Below are positions 31,809-42,162 of a stretch of 64,000 nucleotides of DNA, one piece after another. Within the stretch, counting starts at the first letter, position 1, and the number at the start of each line of letters is the position of its first letter. A program made the position numbers and the translations under genes. Source of the stretch: a virus; IMG/VR virus record IMGVR_UViG_3300031951_000034, positions 32,001 to 96,000 of that record. The stretch is one strand, 5' to 3'. Below the pieces are notes generated by a model. That model was not told where the DNA came from and did no database searches. It was given only the letters and a program-made list of their open reading frames with translations.

Positions 31809-33517
31809 AATGGTGCAACCTCTTCTCCTATGTCTCTGATGTATGGTGCATTGACGGACATATTTGATGGCATACCAGCCATAGCAGGTAAATCAGTTAT
31901 TCCAAGTGCAGCAGTAAATATTGCATATCCCAGTGCATGTACAAAGTCGTCTGGTCTATCTTTATATCTGCTGTACCTTCTGACAGTTATTCCATGTGTA
32001 TTAGAGATATCTTCTGTAAAGATAGCTAATAAATCTCTAGTGTATTGCTCAAACCAGCTTCCGCTAGGGAACCTAATTCTCTTAGATTTGATTAAAGAAA
32101 ATACAATATATATTATTGTTGTCCTATCAACCGTAAAGCAGTTATTTGTTTGCGGTATGAAAAATCTTTTTGTTGTGCCGTAAGCGATGGATGCAACGGG
32201 GGTATTCATGTGTTGACTAAGGTTAGGATTTTGCACACTTCCTACAAAGCCTGCATCAGCCCCCACTAAGTCAATCCTGCTTCCAGTTGCTCTAGTCAGG
32301 TATTCTCCAACGATATAGTGTCGTTGCTCGTCAGGAATTCCTGTGGGCCTAATAGCAGCAAAACAATCAAAAACCCCGTTTCTGTACCCCACTGCCGTCC
32401 CAACAGTAAAACTAACTATTTCTGCACCACCCCAGTCTACACCGCCAGTAACTCTTTGATATTGCTGTGAGTTCCATATAGTGTCTTTCTCAATTGGCAA
32501 TGTACTTGCCTCAATAATGTCTTGTTGTGTAATTGGTACACCGCCTTGAGAAGTTGGTATCCCCAATATTTCCTGAAGGAATCGTGCCTCTGAATAAGCG
32601 GACGATCCATGCAACTTATTGTATACCGTATCTATATATCTAGAGTGTGGAGTTATTCTATCTTTTATTATTATTTGTGGAATATGGTAACCTTCTTTAT
32701 CTCTTTTAATCGGATCGTATTGAAATAATGGCCTCCATTCCCCCATCTCCACATCCAGTAATTTTTTACATTTAACACAGCTTATGCCATTTATTTGTAT
32801 CATGTCTAATACATTACCAGCTAGTGTTGGTGTATTTTCATGCTTACAGTACTGACACTTCATAAACCATGTATTCTGTGTAGATGAATCGAACAAAGTT
32901 GTAAGCGTATTATCTACTCCTCGTGCTGTTCCAAAATAACTTTCATATCTATATTCAGATGTACCAACTACTTCTCGAATTTGAGGTATAAAATCCGAGT
33001 TTAAATCTTGGGTTTCATCAAACATTACCCAATCCACACTTAAGCCAAGTGCGTTTTGGGCATTGTTAAAGCAGGAGATTCCAACATATCTACTGCCAGT
33101 CATAAAACTTTTTTCGTGCACATTGTTCATGCAGCTGCTGTCTGAAACAGCCCATGGTAATAATTTTCCATGTATCATTGGTTGCATAAACATACTATGC
33201 AATCTCTGTGTATAAATAGACATAGGAGCAACATAGAGAAGTCTAAAAAACTCTCTCCACCAACAGTGCATTAAAATAGAGCTGCTTATAGATACGGTTT
33301 TGCCGATCTGTCTGCCGCACATGTAAACATCCTTCAAAGCCTTTCGTGTTTTTCTAAACATTGGAGAAAACATCGGTCTTCTGTGAAGGATGTCTAGAGG
33401 CTTTCCTTGAAAGCTTATAGAAGACGGCACCATGTTTACTAGATCTAGTCTTGGTGCCAATTTAGCGTACAATTGCTGAAGCTCCTCTTTGGAGATGGAA
33501 GTTGTTGTATTGCTCAT
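31802..33517 (-). CDS. terL: terminase large subunit (lambda gpA-like layout)
   Basis: Walker A CGRQIGKT, Walker B FDETQD, coupling motif GTA, zinc motif CQYC...CVKC and nuclease GGVDWG. Confidence 0.85.
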   Translation of the reverse strand: MSNTTTSISKEELQQLYAKLAPRLDLVNMVPSSISFQGKPLDILHRRPMFSPMFRKTRKALKDVYMCGRQIGKTVSISSSILMHCWWREFFRLLYVAPMSIYTQRLHSMFMQPMIHGKLLPWAVSDSSCMNNVHEKSFMTGSRYVGISCFNNAQNALGLSVDWVMFDETQDLNSDFIPQIREVVGTSEYRYESYFGTARGVDNTLTTLFDSSTQNTWFMKCQYCKHENTPTLAGNVLDMIQINGISCVKCKKLLDVEMGEWRPLFQYDPIKRDKEGYHIPQIIIKDRITPHSRYIDTVYNKLHGSSAYSEARFLQEILGIPTSQGGVPITQQDIIEASTLPIEKDTIWNSQQYQRVTGGVDWGGAEIVSFTVGTAVGYRNGVFDCFAAIRPTGIPDEQRHYIVGEYLTRATGSRIDLVGADAGFVGSVQNPNLSQHMNTPVASIAYGTTKRFFIPQTNNCFTVDRTTIIYIVFSLIKSKRIRFPSGSWFEQYTRDLLAIFTEDISNTHGITVRRYSRYKDRPDDFVHALGYAIFTAALGITDLPAMAGMPSNMSVNAPYIRDIGEEVAPFY

Positions 33518-33532
33518 TAATGATAATAAATA

Positions 33533-34158
33533 TTGAAATGGATACTAATATATATGTACAATCTAGCAATTAAAATGTTCTACAAACAAATCGAGAGCAT
33601 TGGAGAAAAAATAATACTTGCAATAAATCGCGAAAGGGTTAAACAAGAATTAAGAGCTCCAACGTATTACGATTTATATAGTAGACCTGATAAGTATAAA
33701 GGAAAGATATTTTTCTAGGGTCTCTAATAAATATGATTTAAGTCAGGGCAATAAAGAAAGAAATGTTAAATAAAAAAGAACTTAAAAAATACTCAAAAAG
33801 CAAAAAATTTTATTGTTGTATAACGAATGAGATTATTGCTCCTGACCGAGTAGAATATTTATTGAGCGAAGGGGTTTCAGAGGATATGCTAACTAGTCTT
33901 CGAGGGGCAGAGCTGACCTACAAACCAAGAAAAATTATTGTAGTGGATGATGAGGGTACTCATTTTTTCTGCGACAAGATAGATAATACTAGGGCATGGG
34001 CCCACGAAAGATTTGGCGATGCTCCCCCTGAGGACACAAATTATCTAGACGATATCGAAGAAAAGAAAAATAAAAAGATTGAGGAAACTTCTGTGTCCTC
34101 GGTAGAAGGGGTAACCATAGTAAAAGAAGAAGACGAAGAAGGAGAAGACGAGACATAA
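33533..34158 (+). CDS. two small hypothetical ORFs (33533-33718; 33763-34158, weakly DksA/TraR-like)
   Basis: ORFs divergent from terL. The second has a CCITNEII..DRV pattern. Confidence 0.4.
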
Positions 34159-34576
34159 TGAAATCTAGAAATCCTAAAAAATACATGGAAAAAGATTTAC
34201 AAGACTCTAGTCTTTCCAAGTTTCAACCATCTAGATCTTTAATATTTGCTAAACTACCAACCATAGAAGAAAAGACAAAACAACAACGCAAAACAAAAAA
34301 TGACGACGACAACTAATCTTGTTCTCTCAATAACTTGCTTAATTCTTAGCAGTATATTGTTGAGTAAATTAAAAATAACCATAAGCGGTAAAAATGTTGA
34401 GATTGATTTAATGCCACATCTTCATAAAAGCTCTTCAATATGACAGAGCCTATATTTTTGATTGGAGCCTCTATTTTATCTTTATGTATTTGCTTGGTGA
34501 CCAAAAAAATAGAAAAAACTAAAGCCATACAAAAGATAAAAGAAGAAAACGAATTAATTCTACTCAACTACTGAAG

Positions 34577-34834
34577 ATGAAAAAAGTACAGGTATCAAAA
34601 AATAATTCACAATTTATTGGAGTTTATTTTGTATCATATGTTGTCCTATGTGGGCTTATTATGGGCAAAATACTTACACCAATCGCCTTCTTTTTATGGC
34701 TTTTTATTGGATGGGGTATATCTAGGTTTCTTTCAGATATGTTCGTAGTGGGAAGTGATGTAGCTAAAACATCAGCATGTGCTGCTATATATCTTTCTGG
34801 ACTATCTGCAATTTCGTTTTTGAGATTCATATAA
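34577..34834 (+). CDS. small membrane protein
   Basis: Two to three hydrophobic segments. Confidence 0.55.
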   Translation: MKKVQVSKNNSQFIGVYFVSYVVLCGLIMGKILTPIAFFLWLFIGWGISRFLSDMFVVGSDVAKTSACAAIYLSGLSAISFLRFI

Positions 34835-34840
34835 GTTATT

Positions 34841-35179
34841 ATGAAAATTAATTTTATCGAAACTTTATTTTTGTTTTTAATTTTTGCATACTTTGCTAAA
34901 TATTTTATTTTGGCTATAGTCTATTTAATACAGGAGTCAGATATATTTAGCTACGTAAGAGGTTATATTGAAGTAAAATATAGCGGATCGAAATTAGAGT
35001 ATCTAATTAACTGTCCATATTGTCTGTCTTATTGGGCAGGGTTACTTCTTGCCTGCTTGTTTCTATTTACGTGCTTTACATACGATAACATTATATCATA
35101 TATATCTTTATGTTTTTTACTGTGGATAACCGCAAGTGGTGTCTCAGTTAAAGGATTAAAAGATAGAGATAATAAATAG
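34841..35179 (+). CDS. DUF1360-like membrane protein
   Basis: LINCPYCLSYW motif between hydrophobic helices. Confidence 0.55.
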   Translation: MKINFIETLFLFLIFAYFAKYFILAIVYLIQESDIFSYVRGYIEVKYSGSKLEYLINCPYCLSYWAGLLLACLFLFTCFTYDNIISYISLCFLLWITASGVSVKGLKDRDNK

Positions 35180-35181
35180 TA

Positions 35182-36004
35182 ATGGATATAAAATCATTAA
35201 TGGAGTGTAGTTACGTTACCGACGTAATTGAAAAGGGAGCAAACGTAGAGTTTGATACCTATATTTACTCTAGTGATGACATGTCTATTAAAAAAGTTAC
35301 AATACGCTGCCCAGTCTCTGGAGACTTTATACTTACCGAATGCGCGCAAATCATTGGGCATGAGTCTAATGACGAAACAAAAAATATTTTAAAAGATCTA
35401 TTTACAGCTCTCGATGAATCCTCAAGAGTAGAAAAAAGTATAGTCAATAAAGATGTAGTTTATACTCCATTTGATACTTCTATAAAAGAGGGCGTAGGGC
35501 ATTTCTTGAAAGAATTAAATTTAGATATAGAAGATGACATAGAGGATATAAAATTTAATTTTCTATCTAAATGTTCTAAAATCTTCACCAAAGTATATGA
35601 GCACAACAAAAACAAAAAATACGACACAGGAAGACAATAACGTGGATCAATCCACTGAAAGCAAGCCAACGACGTCAGCAGAGGTAGACCAACAAATTGG
35701 TGATCAAGCAAAGATAGCCGCAAGGCTTGCGGCGTCCATTTCTCCAGTTATAGCGAGAGAAATACTTAGCGGTAAAATATCTTTTGCTGCTCTTACGGTA
35801 ATTGTAGATAATAAATATAGCGGCACCTTTCCATTTCAGCACGTCATATCAGACGAAGCTACGGAACAGGAAAAACAAGATCATCGACTCAATACCGCAA
35901 AAAATAATATGCTTGCAGCAATAGAATTTTCTAGAACTGCTGGTGTATTTAAAAATAAATCACTTAGATCTTTTGAAGAAGGTTTTTTTGATTCAGGTGT
36001 ATAA
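35182..36004 (+). CDS. two hypothetical ORFs (35182-35640, 35597-36004)
   Basis: Overlapping ORFs followed by a terminator. Confidence 0.55.
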
Positions 36005-36025
36005 AAAAATAAACAACTTTAAAGC

Positions 36026-36055
36026 AAGGGGCACACAATGTGTGCCCCTTTTTTA
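36026..36055 (+). terminator. rho-independent terminator
   Basis: AAGGGGCACA-CAA-TGTGTGCCCCTT followed by a T-run. Confidence 0.75.
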
Positions 36056-36071
36056 TTTAACAAACTAAAAA

Positions 36072-37847
36072 ATGAGTTCAATTATCAAAGACTTTGTATC
36101 CTCTAATATTCCATTGATATGGGTATACACACAGGAAGAAGACAGGTTCTTAAGCGACGAATCTAGCGCGTTACTAGGAAAGAAAACAATTAATAGATTA
36201 TATATATATGATGCTTCCGACACTATTAGGGATATAGAGAGAAGCCAAATTCAACCAAATCCTCAAATAATAGATACATCTGATAATGGAGGAGCAGCTC
36301 ATGCAATTGAGATATTCAGTTCGGTTGCAGATGCTCCATACGAAGCGTGTGAGATTGACGGGACAAATGTTTGGGATATTACCCAGAAAAAACTTTTTCC
36401 TGAAAAATCATTAATGATAATGTTTGACGTAGCTTTTTACATGACTGACGCAAACAAGACTAAACACACTAATGCATACCTAACTAGAAAAATAAAAAAT
36501 GCATTACCAAATTTGTTGATGCAAAATAAAGGTATTGTAATAGTAAATCACCACAAAGACATACCAATTGAGCTTGAAAATATCGTAACATACGTTGAGC
36601 ATAAATTGCCAGACGTTGGTAGGATGAAGTCCTTGGTCAGGAGTAGTCAGAACTCTATGTCTATTGCCGGTATACCGTCTATTAGCCTGAGTGAAGATGA
36701 AACAATTAATATTGCTCAATCTTTGACTGGTTTAACTCAGTGGCAAGCTGAAAATGTTTTGTCTCTTGCAAATAGAGCTAACTCTATTGAGTATAGACAA
36801 AATAAGACTCAGCATCGCAACTTTAAAACGGATGTAATAAAGAAGGAGAAATCTAGATTGTTCTCTAAATCTGGGGTGCTAAAAATCATTGAAAGTGATT
36901 GGGGCATGGATCAGGTTGGAGGAATGGAAAACCTAAAGCAATGGGCAAAAGACAGGACATTGATTTTCAACCATGAGGCCAGAGAAGATGGAATAGATCT
37001 GCCCAAGGGTTTATGTGTCGTAGGCCCTGGTGGTACTGGCAAGAGCTGGGTCGCTCAAGCGTTAGGAGTTGAGTGGGACAGATCTGTACTTAGGCTCGAT
37101 ATTGGAGCCTGTATGGGTAGTCTTTTGGGCGAGTCTGAGAGTAGATTAATCAAAGCTTTAACAGACGCTGAGGCGCAAGCTCCCTGCATTCTTTTTGTGG
37201 ACGAGTTTGAGAAATTGTTCGCCGGAGCAGGGGGTGGAGGAAATTTAGACGGAGGTACTTTTCAGCGCATGTATGGTACATGGTTGACTTGGACTCAATC
37301 AAGAAAAAGTGATGTATTTGTTGTTGCCACTACAAATAGTATTACAAATATCCCAGCTCCAGCTTTACGAAAGGGCAGATTTGATGAAGTTATGTATGTT
37401 GGACTGCCAGGGTTAAAACAAAGAAAAGAAATATTTTCAATTCATCTAAGAAAAAGAGGATGGGAACCATCTCAATACAATATAGATATAGATAAATTAG
37501 CTATAAATACTCCAAATAGAACTGGATCTGAAATCGAGCAAATTGTGATAGAGGGATTAATTAAAAAAGTGAAGAGAGTTGGATTTGGTAAAGAAAACCC
37601 AATTACAACAGACCTTCTTATGGAGTCCATAAATGATGTAAAGATTATGGCAGAGCTAAATCCAGAAGAATCCAAAAACCTTTTAGATTGGGCAAAAAGC
37701 CATAAAGTTTTAATGGCTAATAAAGAAGATGATGAGCCTGTTTCTAATAAGATAATAGGAGTTGGTCAAAACACATTCAATAGAATGTCTGGAGTTGGAG
37801 CAAGCACCGAACAAAGAAAGATTGAATTAAATGAAGATGACATCTGA
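36072..37847 (+). CDS. AAA+ ATPase, Ycf46-like
   Basis: Walker A GPGGTGKS, Walker B LFVDEFEK, ATTN sensor and arginine finger LRKGRFDE, with a degenerate N-terminal AAA-like domain. Confidence 0.85.
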   Translation: MSSIIKDFVSSNIPLIWVYTQEEDRFLSDESSALLGKKTINRLYIYDASDTIRDIERSQIQPNPQIIDTSDNGGAAHAIEIFSSVADAPYEACEIDGTNVWDITQKKLFPEKSLMIMFDVAFYMTDANKTKHTNAYLTRKIKNALPNLLMQNKGIVIVNHHKDIPIELENIVTYVEHKLPDVGRMKSLVRSSQNSMSIAGIPSISLSEDETINIAQSLTGLTQWQAENVLSLANRANSIEYRQNKTQHRNFKTDVIKKEKSRLFSKSGVLKIIESDWGMDQVGGMENLKQWAKDRTLIFNHEAREDGIDLPKGLCVVGPGGTGKSWVAQALGVEWDRSVLRLDIGACMGSLLGESESRLIKALTDAEAQAPCILFVDEFEKLFAGAGGGGNLDGGTFQRMYGTWLTWTQSRKSDVFVVATTNSITNIPAPALRKGRFDEVMYVGLPGLKQRKEIFSIHLRKRGWEPSQYNIDIDKLAINTPNRTGSEIEQIVIEGLIKKVKRVGFGKENPITTDLLMESINDVKIMAELNPEESKNLLDWAKSHKVLMANKEDDEPVSNKIIGVGQNTFNRMSGVGASTEQRKIELNEDDI

Positions 37848-38031
37848 GCAGAAGCAATTAATGGAAGAACTTGAACATTATAAAATAACAAGCCAAGAAG
37901 ACCTTGAAAACTGGATACAAAATTATTGTGAGTATCTAGTCGCAGAAGGTATAGCTGGCGAAAAATCAAACGGTAAATACTATATCAAAACAGAAGAACA
38001 AATAAAAAAAGAACTAGAGGAGATAATATAA
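37831..38031 (+). CDS. small acidic hypothetical protein
   Basis: 66-aa ORF overlapping the ATPase stop. Confidence 0.5.
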   Translation: MKMTSEQKQLMEELEHYKITSQEDLENWIQNYCEYLVAEGIAGEKSNGKYYIKTEEQIKKELEEII

Positions 38032-38032
38032 T

Positions 38033-38419
38033 ATGTCACACATGGTCGTTATGTCGATGCCCGAAATCAAAGACTTGGAGGTACTTAAAAAAGCCTGCAA
38101 CAGACTCGGGCTTAAATTAGATCTAAACAAAAAGAGCGCTAAATATTACGCAGGACAAAACATGAAATGTGATGCCGTAATTTCTAGCGATAAAAGCACA
38201 TATGAAATAGCTGTTATCAAAAAGGGGAATGGGTATGAGATTCAGGCTGATTTATTTGACGCTAGACTCAAAGAAATAGTTGGGCCAAAAGCTGGAAAGC
38301 TTAGTCAAGCTTATCAAATTGAGCAGCATAAAAAGACTGCCAAGCTGAAAGGTTATCAAGTGCTTGGTGAAAAAATAAACCCAACTAACGGAAATATTGA
38401 ACTGAGGGTCAGAATGTAA
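38033..38419 (+). CDS. DUF1257-like protein
   Basis: MSH.......IKDLEVLKKAC..LG and L.QAY motifs. It follows the Ycf46-like ATPase. Confidence 0.7.
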   Translation: MSHMVVMSMPEIKDLEVLKKACNRLGLKLDLNKKSAKYYAGQNMKCDAVISSDKSTYEIAVIKKGNGYEIQADLFDARLKEIVGPKAGKLSQAYQIEQHKKTAKLKGYQVLGEKINPTNGNIELRVRM

Positions 38420-38619
38420 TGAGCGATAAAATAGTTAAAATTACGATAACTCCAGAGGGAGAAGCTAAAATAGACGCACAAGGATTCACTGGTGGATCAT
38501 GCAAAGACGCAACAAAGATATTTGAAAATTTGTATTCAAATAAACTTGATTATGCAGATAAGCCAGAGCTGTATCAAGGAGCTAGTTGCGCGTCTCAATC
38601 TGTGAATGTAAATCAATAA
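38419..38619 (+). CDS. DUF2997-like protein
   Basis: I.I.P.G...ID.QGF.GGSC..AT motif. Confidence 0.7.
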   Translation: MSDKIVKITITPEGEAKIDAQGFTGGSCKDATKIFENLYSNKLDYADKPELYQGASCASQSVNVNQ

Positions 38620-38620
38620 T

Positions 38621-39410
38621 ATGCCATCTAAGGAAAAGAAAGTTAATGATATTTCTATAAACTTCTTGGATGACGGATCTGTAAAAAGTATATATTACGA
38701 TGAATTTTTTGGCATTAATGATTCAAACAATCTTAAAGTCGAAAGAATAACTGATGTAGAGTTCGATAATGCTACCCAGAAATGGGTAGCAAGATTGATT
38801 TCTACAGGGGAAATAATATCAACGCATAAATTAAGAAATAAAGTTTTGGCTGATGAGGTAAAGGCAGCAAGTAAAATGTTGTTCAACGGTATAGAAATAC
38901 AGCCAAGCAAAATCAAAAGAAATGAAAGCAAAAAAACAAAAAAAAGCAAAGTTAGCTCAAAGATCAAACTCTACAATTGTAAAACCACAAAAAGTAAATC
39001 TAAATGAAGATCAAAGATATATATTACTATGTAATATAGTTGATTATTTGGGTTCATACGGAATTACAAAAAACAAAGAAATATCTGAACTTGCTAATGT
39101 TCTTCTAAGTCATGATAAACTTAGAGGAATAAAAAGATCTAACACTTGCTATAGAAAAAAAGTGATAGGAGAAAAATCAAAGTTTAATGAAGCACTGAGT
39201 TCTGTTGACAATAATATTGAGAACAATGCTCCAGTATATACTGAGTATTATTCTTCTAATAAATCTTGCAAAAACAATGAGTGCAAAATTAATCCCGAAA
39301 ATAATAATCAAACCAAAACTAGGTTAATTAACCAGGATGAAATCAATGTAATAATCGGGGAAATAATGTCTTTCATGAAAAACATTAAACTTCCTTCGAT
39401 GGCTGGCTAA
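38621..39410 (+). CDS. two hypothetical ORFs (38621-39007, 38922-39410)
   Basis: The first has the I.F..DG.V...Y...ER..DVEFD....W pattern often seen after DUF2997 genes. Confidence 0.5.
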
Positions 39411-39430
39411 CACAACAAAAACAACTTAAT

Positions 39431-39468
39431 TGCGGGATAGTATTTAAATATACTATCCCGCTTTTTTA
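39431..39468 (+). terminator. rho-independent terminator
   Basis: GCGGGATAGTAT-TTAAAT-ATACTATCCCGC followed by a T-run. Confidence 0.75.
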
Positions 39469-39470
39469 TT

Positions 39471-40532
39471 ATGAGCGTAATAACAGCAGAACAAATAAAG
39501 GAATCTAACAACGAAATATCTTGGGCCCAAAAACTGTCTTCTGACATCTTTAAACATGGTGTCTTGATAAACGTTACAATTAGCAGATGGGAGGCTAAAT
39601 TAACTCAAACAGAAGACGATCAACAGGTTCTTGGAATAGATACAGATAATACAATTTATACTCCTGGTTTCAAGTATTTGATCCCAGTAAAAAAAATGTC
39701 TAAGTTTTCTGTATATAGAACAAAATTAAATAATTTACTTGATAGGTCTTGCTATAGGGTACCAGGACTAAAGGGGTCTAGGTTTGTACCAAAAGATTAT
39801 TACCCTACTTTAAAGAACTTTTTAAACTCCGAGAAACAGAGATTCAATAAGGAAGTAGAAATCTTTAGAGAAGAGTATCCAGGACTCAAGGAAAAACAAA
39901 TAAATAAATTCAATGAAAAATATCCAGAATACTCTGGATATATGGATCAGTTTTACCCATCAGAAAACGAAATAGCTAGAAAATTTAATTATTCTTGGAC
40001 TATTTATTCATGGGCACAAACAGAAATAACTGAAATAGCTATAGATGCTAAAAATGACTTATCAGAGAAAGCTGCGCAACTTGTATATCAGGCTGGTATG
40101 CAAATAAGAGAGCATATTGTAAAGGCAACTGAAGATGTTGTAGCTGTTATACAAAGCGGTAGAAAACATACTCGCGGTCAAAACGTAAGGATGCACTCTA
40201 TAACGAATTTTACAAAAAGGCTTAACGAGCTTAAACAGATAAATTTGTTTAACGATCCAGACGTAGAGAAAACCATCAATAATGCATGTGAAGCTGTTTC
40301 TCGTGTATCTAATTGGAATAAAAATGATTCGGATGCACTGGACCTTGAAGCAAGTCTAACTAGGATAGTTGGTACACTTAAAAAAGAGGTCGAAGAAATT
40401 CAAGAAAATCCAGAACGCATGACAGTAATAAGAAAAGCGATTGAGGAGTCAGAAACTGATGAAAACGAGCAAGAGGTTAATGTATCCTCAGTGAGAAGAA
40501 ATATTTACATTTCTAATGAAGACACAGAATAA
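39471..40532 (+). CDS. DUF3150-like coiled-coil protein (353 aa)
   Basis: GVLINVTISRW and GSRFVP patterns. It overlaps the RT start by 17 nt. Confidence 0.45.
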   Translation: MSVITAEQIKESNNEISWAQKLSSDIFKHGVLINVTISRWEAKLTQTEDDQQVLGIDTDNTIYTPGFKYLIPVKKMSKFSVYRTKLNNLLDRSCYRVPGLKGSRFVPKDYYPTLKNFLNSEKQRFNKEVEIFREEYPGLKEKQINKFNEKYPEYSGYMDQFYPSENEIARKFNYSWTIYSWAQTEITEIAIDAKNDLSEKAAQLVYQAGMQIREHIVKATEDVVAVIQSGRKHTRGQNVRMHSITNFTKRLNELKQINLFNDPDVEKTINNACEAVSRVSNWNKNDSDALDLEASLTRIVGTLKKEVEEIQENPERMTVIRKAIEESETDENEQEVNVSSVRRNIYISNEDTE

Positions 40533-42147
40533 AGCAATACAATACAAAGTATTTTTGATTCCTAAAAAAACAAAAAAATTTAATAAAAAAAATAATATAT
40601 GTATTGAAAAGAAATTTGCGGCAAACTTTTTAGATGTTAATTCAAATAACTCTAACAAGTTTATACACAAATTAGCAAAATTCACTAATTGCTTGTCACA
40701 AGATACTAGACGAGAAATATTAAGTGAGTTTAATATTTCTAATTATTCTAAGAAATTCTGTAAAACGCTAAAGGATGTTTTCTATGGATATGATAGTAAC
40801 TCTGCTGAACATATGAGATATTTTTCAGAGTTAATCACATTTCTAGAGGAGTGCATTATACCCAGAAAAGAAGACCACCGGGTAATTTTAGCTCCACAAG
40901 ACGAACTAAAGCAGGTTCAATCAGGAATTGCGGAACAATTAAATAGGTTTAAGCCACATATAAATGCATTTGGATTCGCAAAAAACAAGTCTGCTTTGGA
41001 TTCAGTGAATCTTCATTTATTCAAGAATGAAAAACCTGAATTATTAATCAATGTTGATGTGAAAAACTTTTTCGGAAGTTTTACGGAAAAACAAATAAAG
41101 AGTTCATTGCTTGCACATCAAATAATAGAAGAAGATGTATCTAATATAATAGATGTTTGCAGCATAAAATTAAATAAACGAAATATATCGAAGTTAATAA
41201 GCTTGATTTGCTGCTCTGTTGTTGACTTTAATCATTTAAGAGTATCTTTGATTGAAAAGTCAATTGGATCAAAAGAAATAAATTCATATTTGTATCCCAG
41301 AAGTTCTTATGTATGCACAGAAAGACAACACCAAGTGTTTGGAGCTGAAAGGCCAAGACTTGGCCTTTCAGCAGCTGAAAGGCCAAGTACGTTTCAGGAC
41401 TTTTGCGTTTTATTTCCGATTCATGGGCAATTAAATCAATATAATATAACAGAAGCCATAAAAAAGGACCGCGAGATATTCAAACTGTTTATGTCGGAGT
41501 TCATTGAAAAATGCGTATACAATGCATTTGAAATGAAATGGGTAAACAAAGATACAATACTTAAAATAATAAAGGATCTATTTAACATAGGACCATCAAT
41601 AAAATTTGATGATTATTTTTTGCCTCAAGGATCTCCAGCTAGTCCAGTTATAACAAATATAGCTTTTAAGTTATTAGACTATCGCTTAACTAGATTATCC
41701 GAAGAAAAGGGAGCTGTTTATTCTAGATATGCTGATGATCTTTCTTTTACTTGGCCAACCAGGCACGGTAAAAAATTCATAAATATTTTTATGTATAAAG
41801 TTGGAAAAATTTTATCCATGAATGGTTTTGAACTAAATAAAAAGAAAAGCAAAGTAATTGGTACTGGCGGTAGAATGGAGATACTTGGGTACGTAATGAA
41901 CAGCGGTAAGCCAACCATTGCCCCTGCGTATGTAGAGGCAGTAAGGACAGAAATATTAAAACTAAAGGACAAAATAAAAGATGGATTAATTCAAAACGAA
42001 CTAAGGTTTTTGTCAGAATGTTCAAAGATAAAAGGTAAAATAAATTTTATCGCATCTGCAAATCCTCACAAGGCAGACAAATTGTCTAGCTTGCTGTCAA
42101 TAATTAATCCTCCAATCTCCAATAGAAGGAAGATATCGGCGGATTAG
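40516..42147 (+). CDS. retron-like reverse transcriptase with large insertions (543 aa)
   Basis: IP.K...R.I.AP, AFGF, DVKNFF (D181), LPQGSPASP..TN (369-381), YSRYADDLSF (YADD 405-408), GF.LN..K, and ILG at the retron VTG position. Confidence 0.85.
   Translation: MKTQNKAIQYKVFLIPKKTKKFNKKNNICIEKKFAANFLDVNSNNSNKFIHKLAKFTNCLSQDTRREILSEFNISNYSKKFCKTLKDVFYGYDSNSAEHMRYFSELITFLEECIIPRKEDHRVILAPQDELKQVQSGIAEQLNRFKPHINAFGFAKNKSALDSVNLHLFKNEKPELLINVDVKNFFGSFTEKQIKSSLLAHQIIEEDVSNIIDVCSIKLNKRNISKLISLICCSVVDFNHLRVSLIEKSIGSKEINSYLYPRSSYVCTERQHQVFGAERPRLGLSAAERPSTFQDFCVLFPIHGQLNQYNITEAIKKDREIFKLFMSEFIEKCVYNAFEMKWVNKDTILKIIKDLFNIGPSIKFDDYFLPQGSPASPVITNIAFKLLDYRLTRLSEEKGAVYSRYADDLSFTWPTRHGKKFINIFMYKVGKILSMNGFELNKKKSKVIGTGGRMEILGYVMNSGKPTIAPAYVEAVRTEILKLKDKIKDGLIQNELRFLSECSKIKGKINFIASANPHKADKLSSLLSIINPPISNRRKISAD
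41344..41387. repeat. direct-inverted-direct triplication of a 14-mer inside the RT gene
   Basis: GCTGAAAGGCCAAG-A-CTTGGCCTTTCAGC-A-GCTGAAAGGCCAAG. Confidence 0.95.
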
Positions 42148-42162
42148 AAATAAGAAATATTA

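Noticed and set aside
41161-41613. Intein as the explanation for the RT insertion
   Set aside because: There is no C-terminal His-Asn plus Cys/Ser/Thr junction, no TxxH block B and no LAGLIDADG motif.
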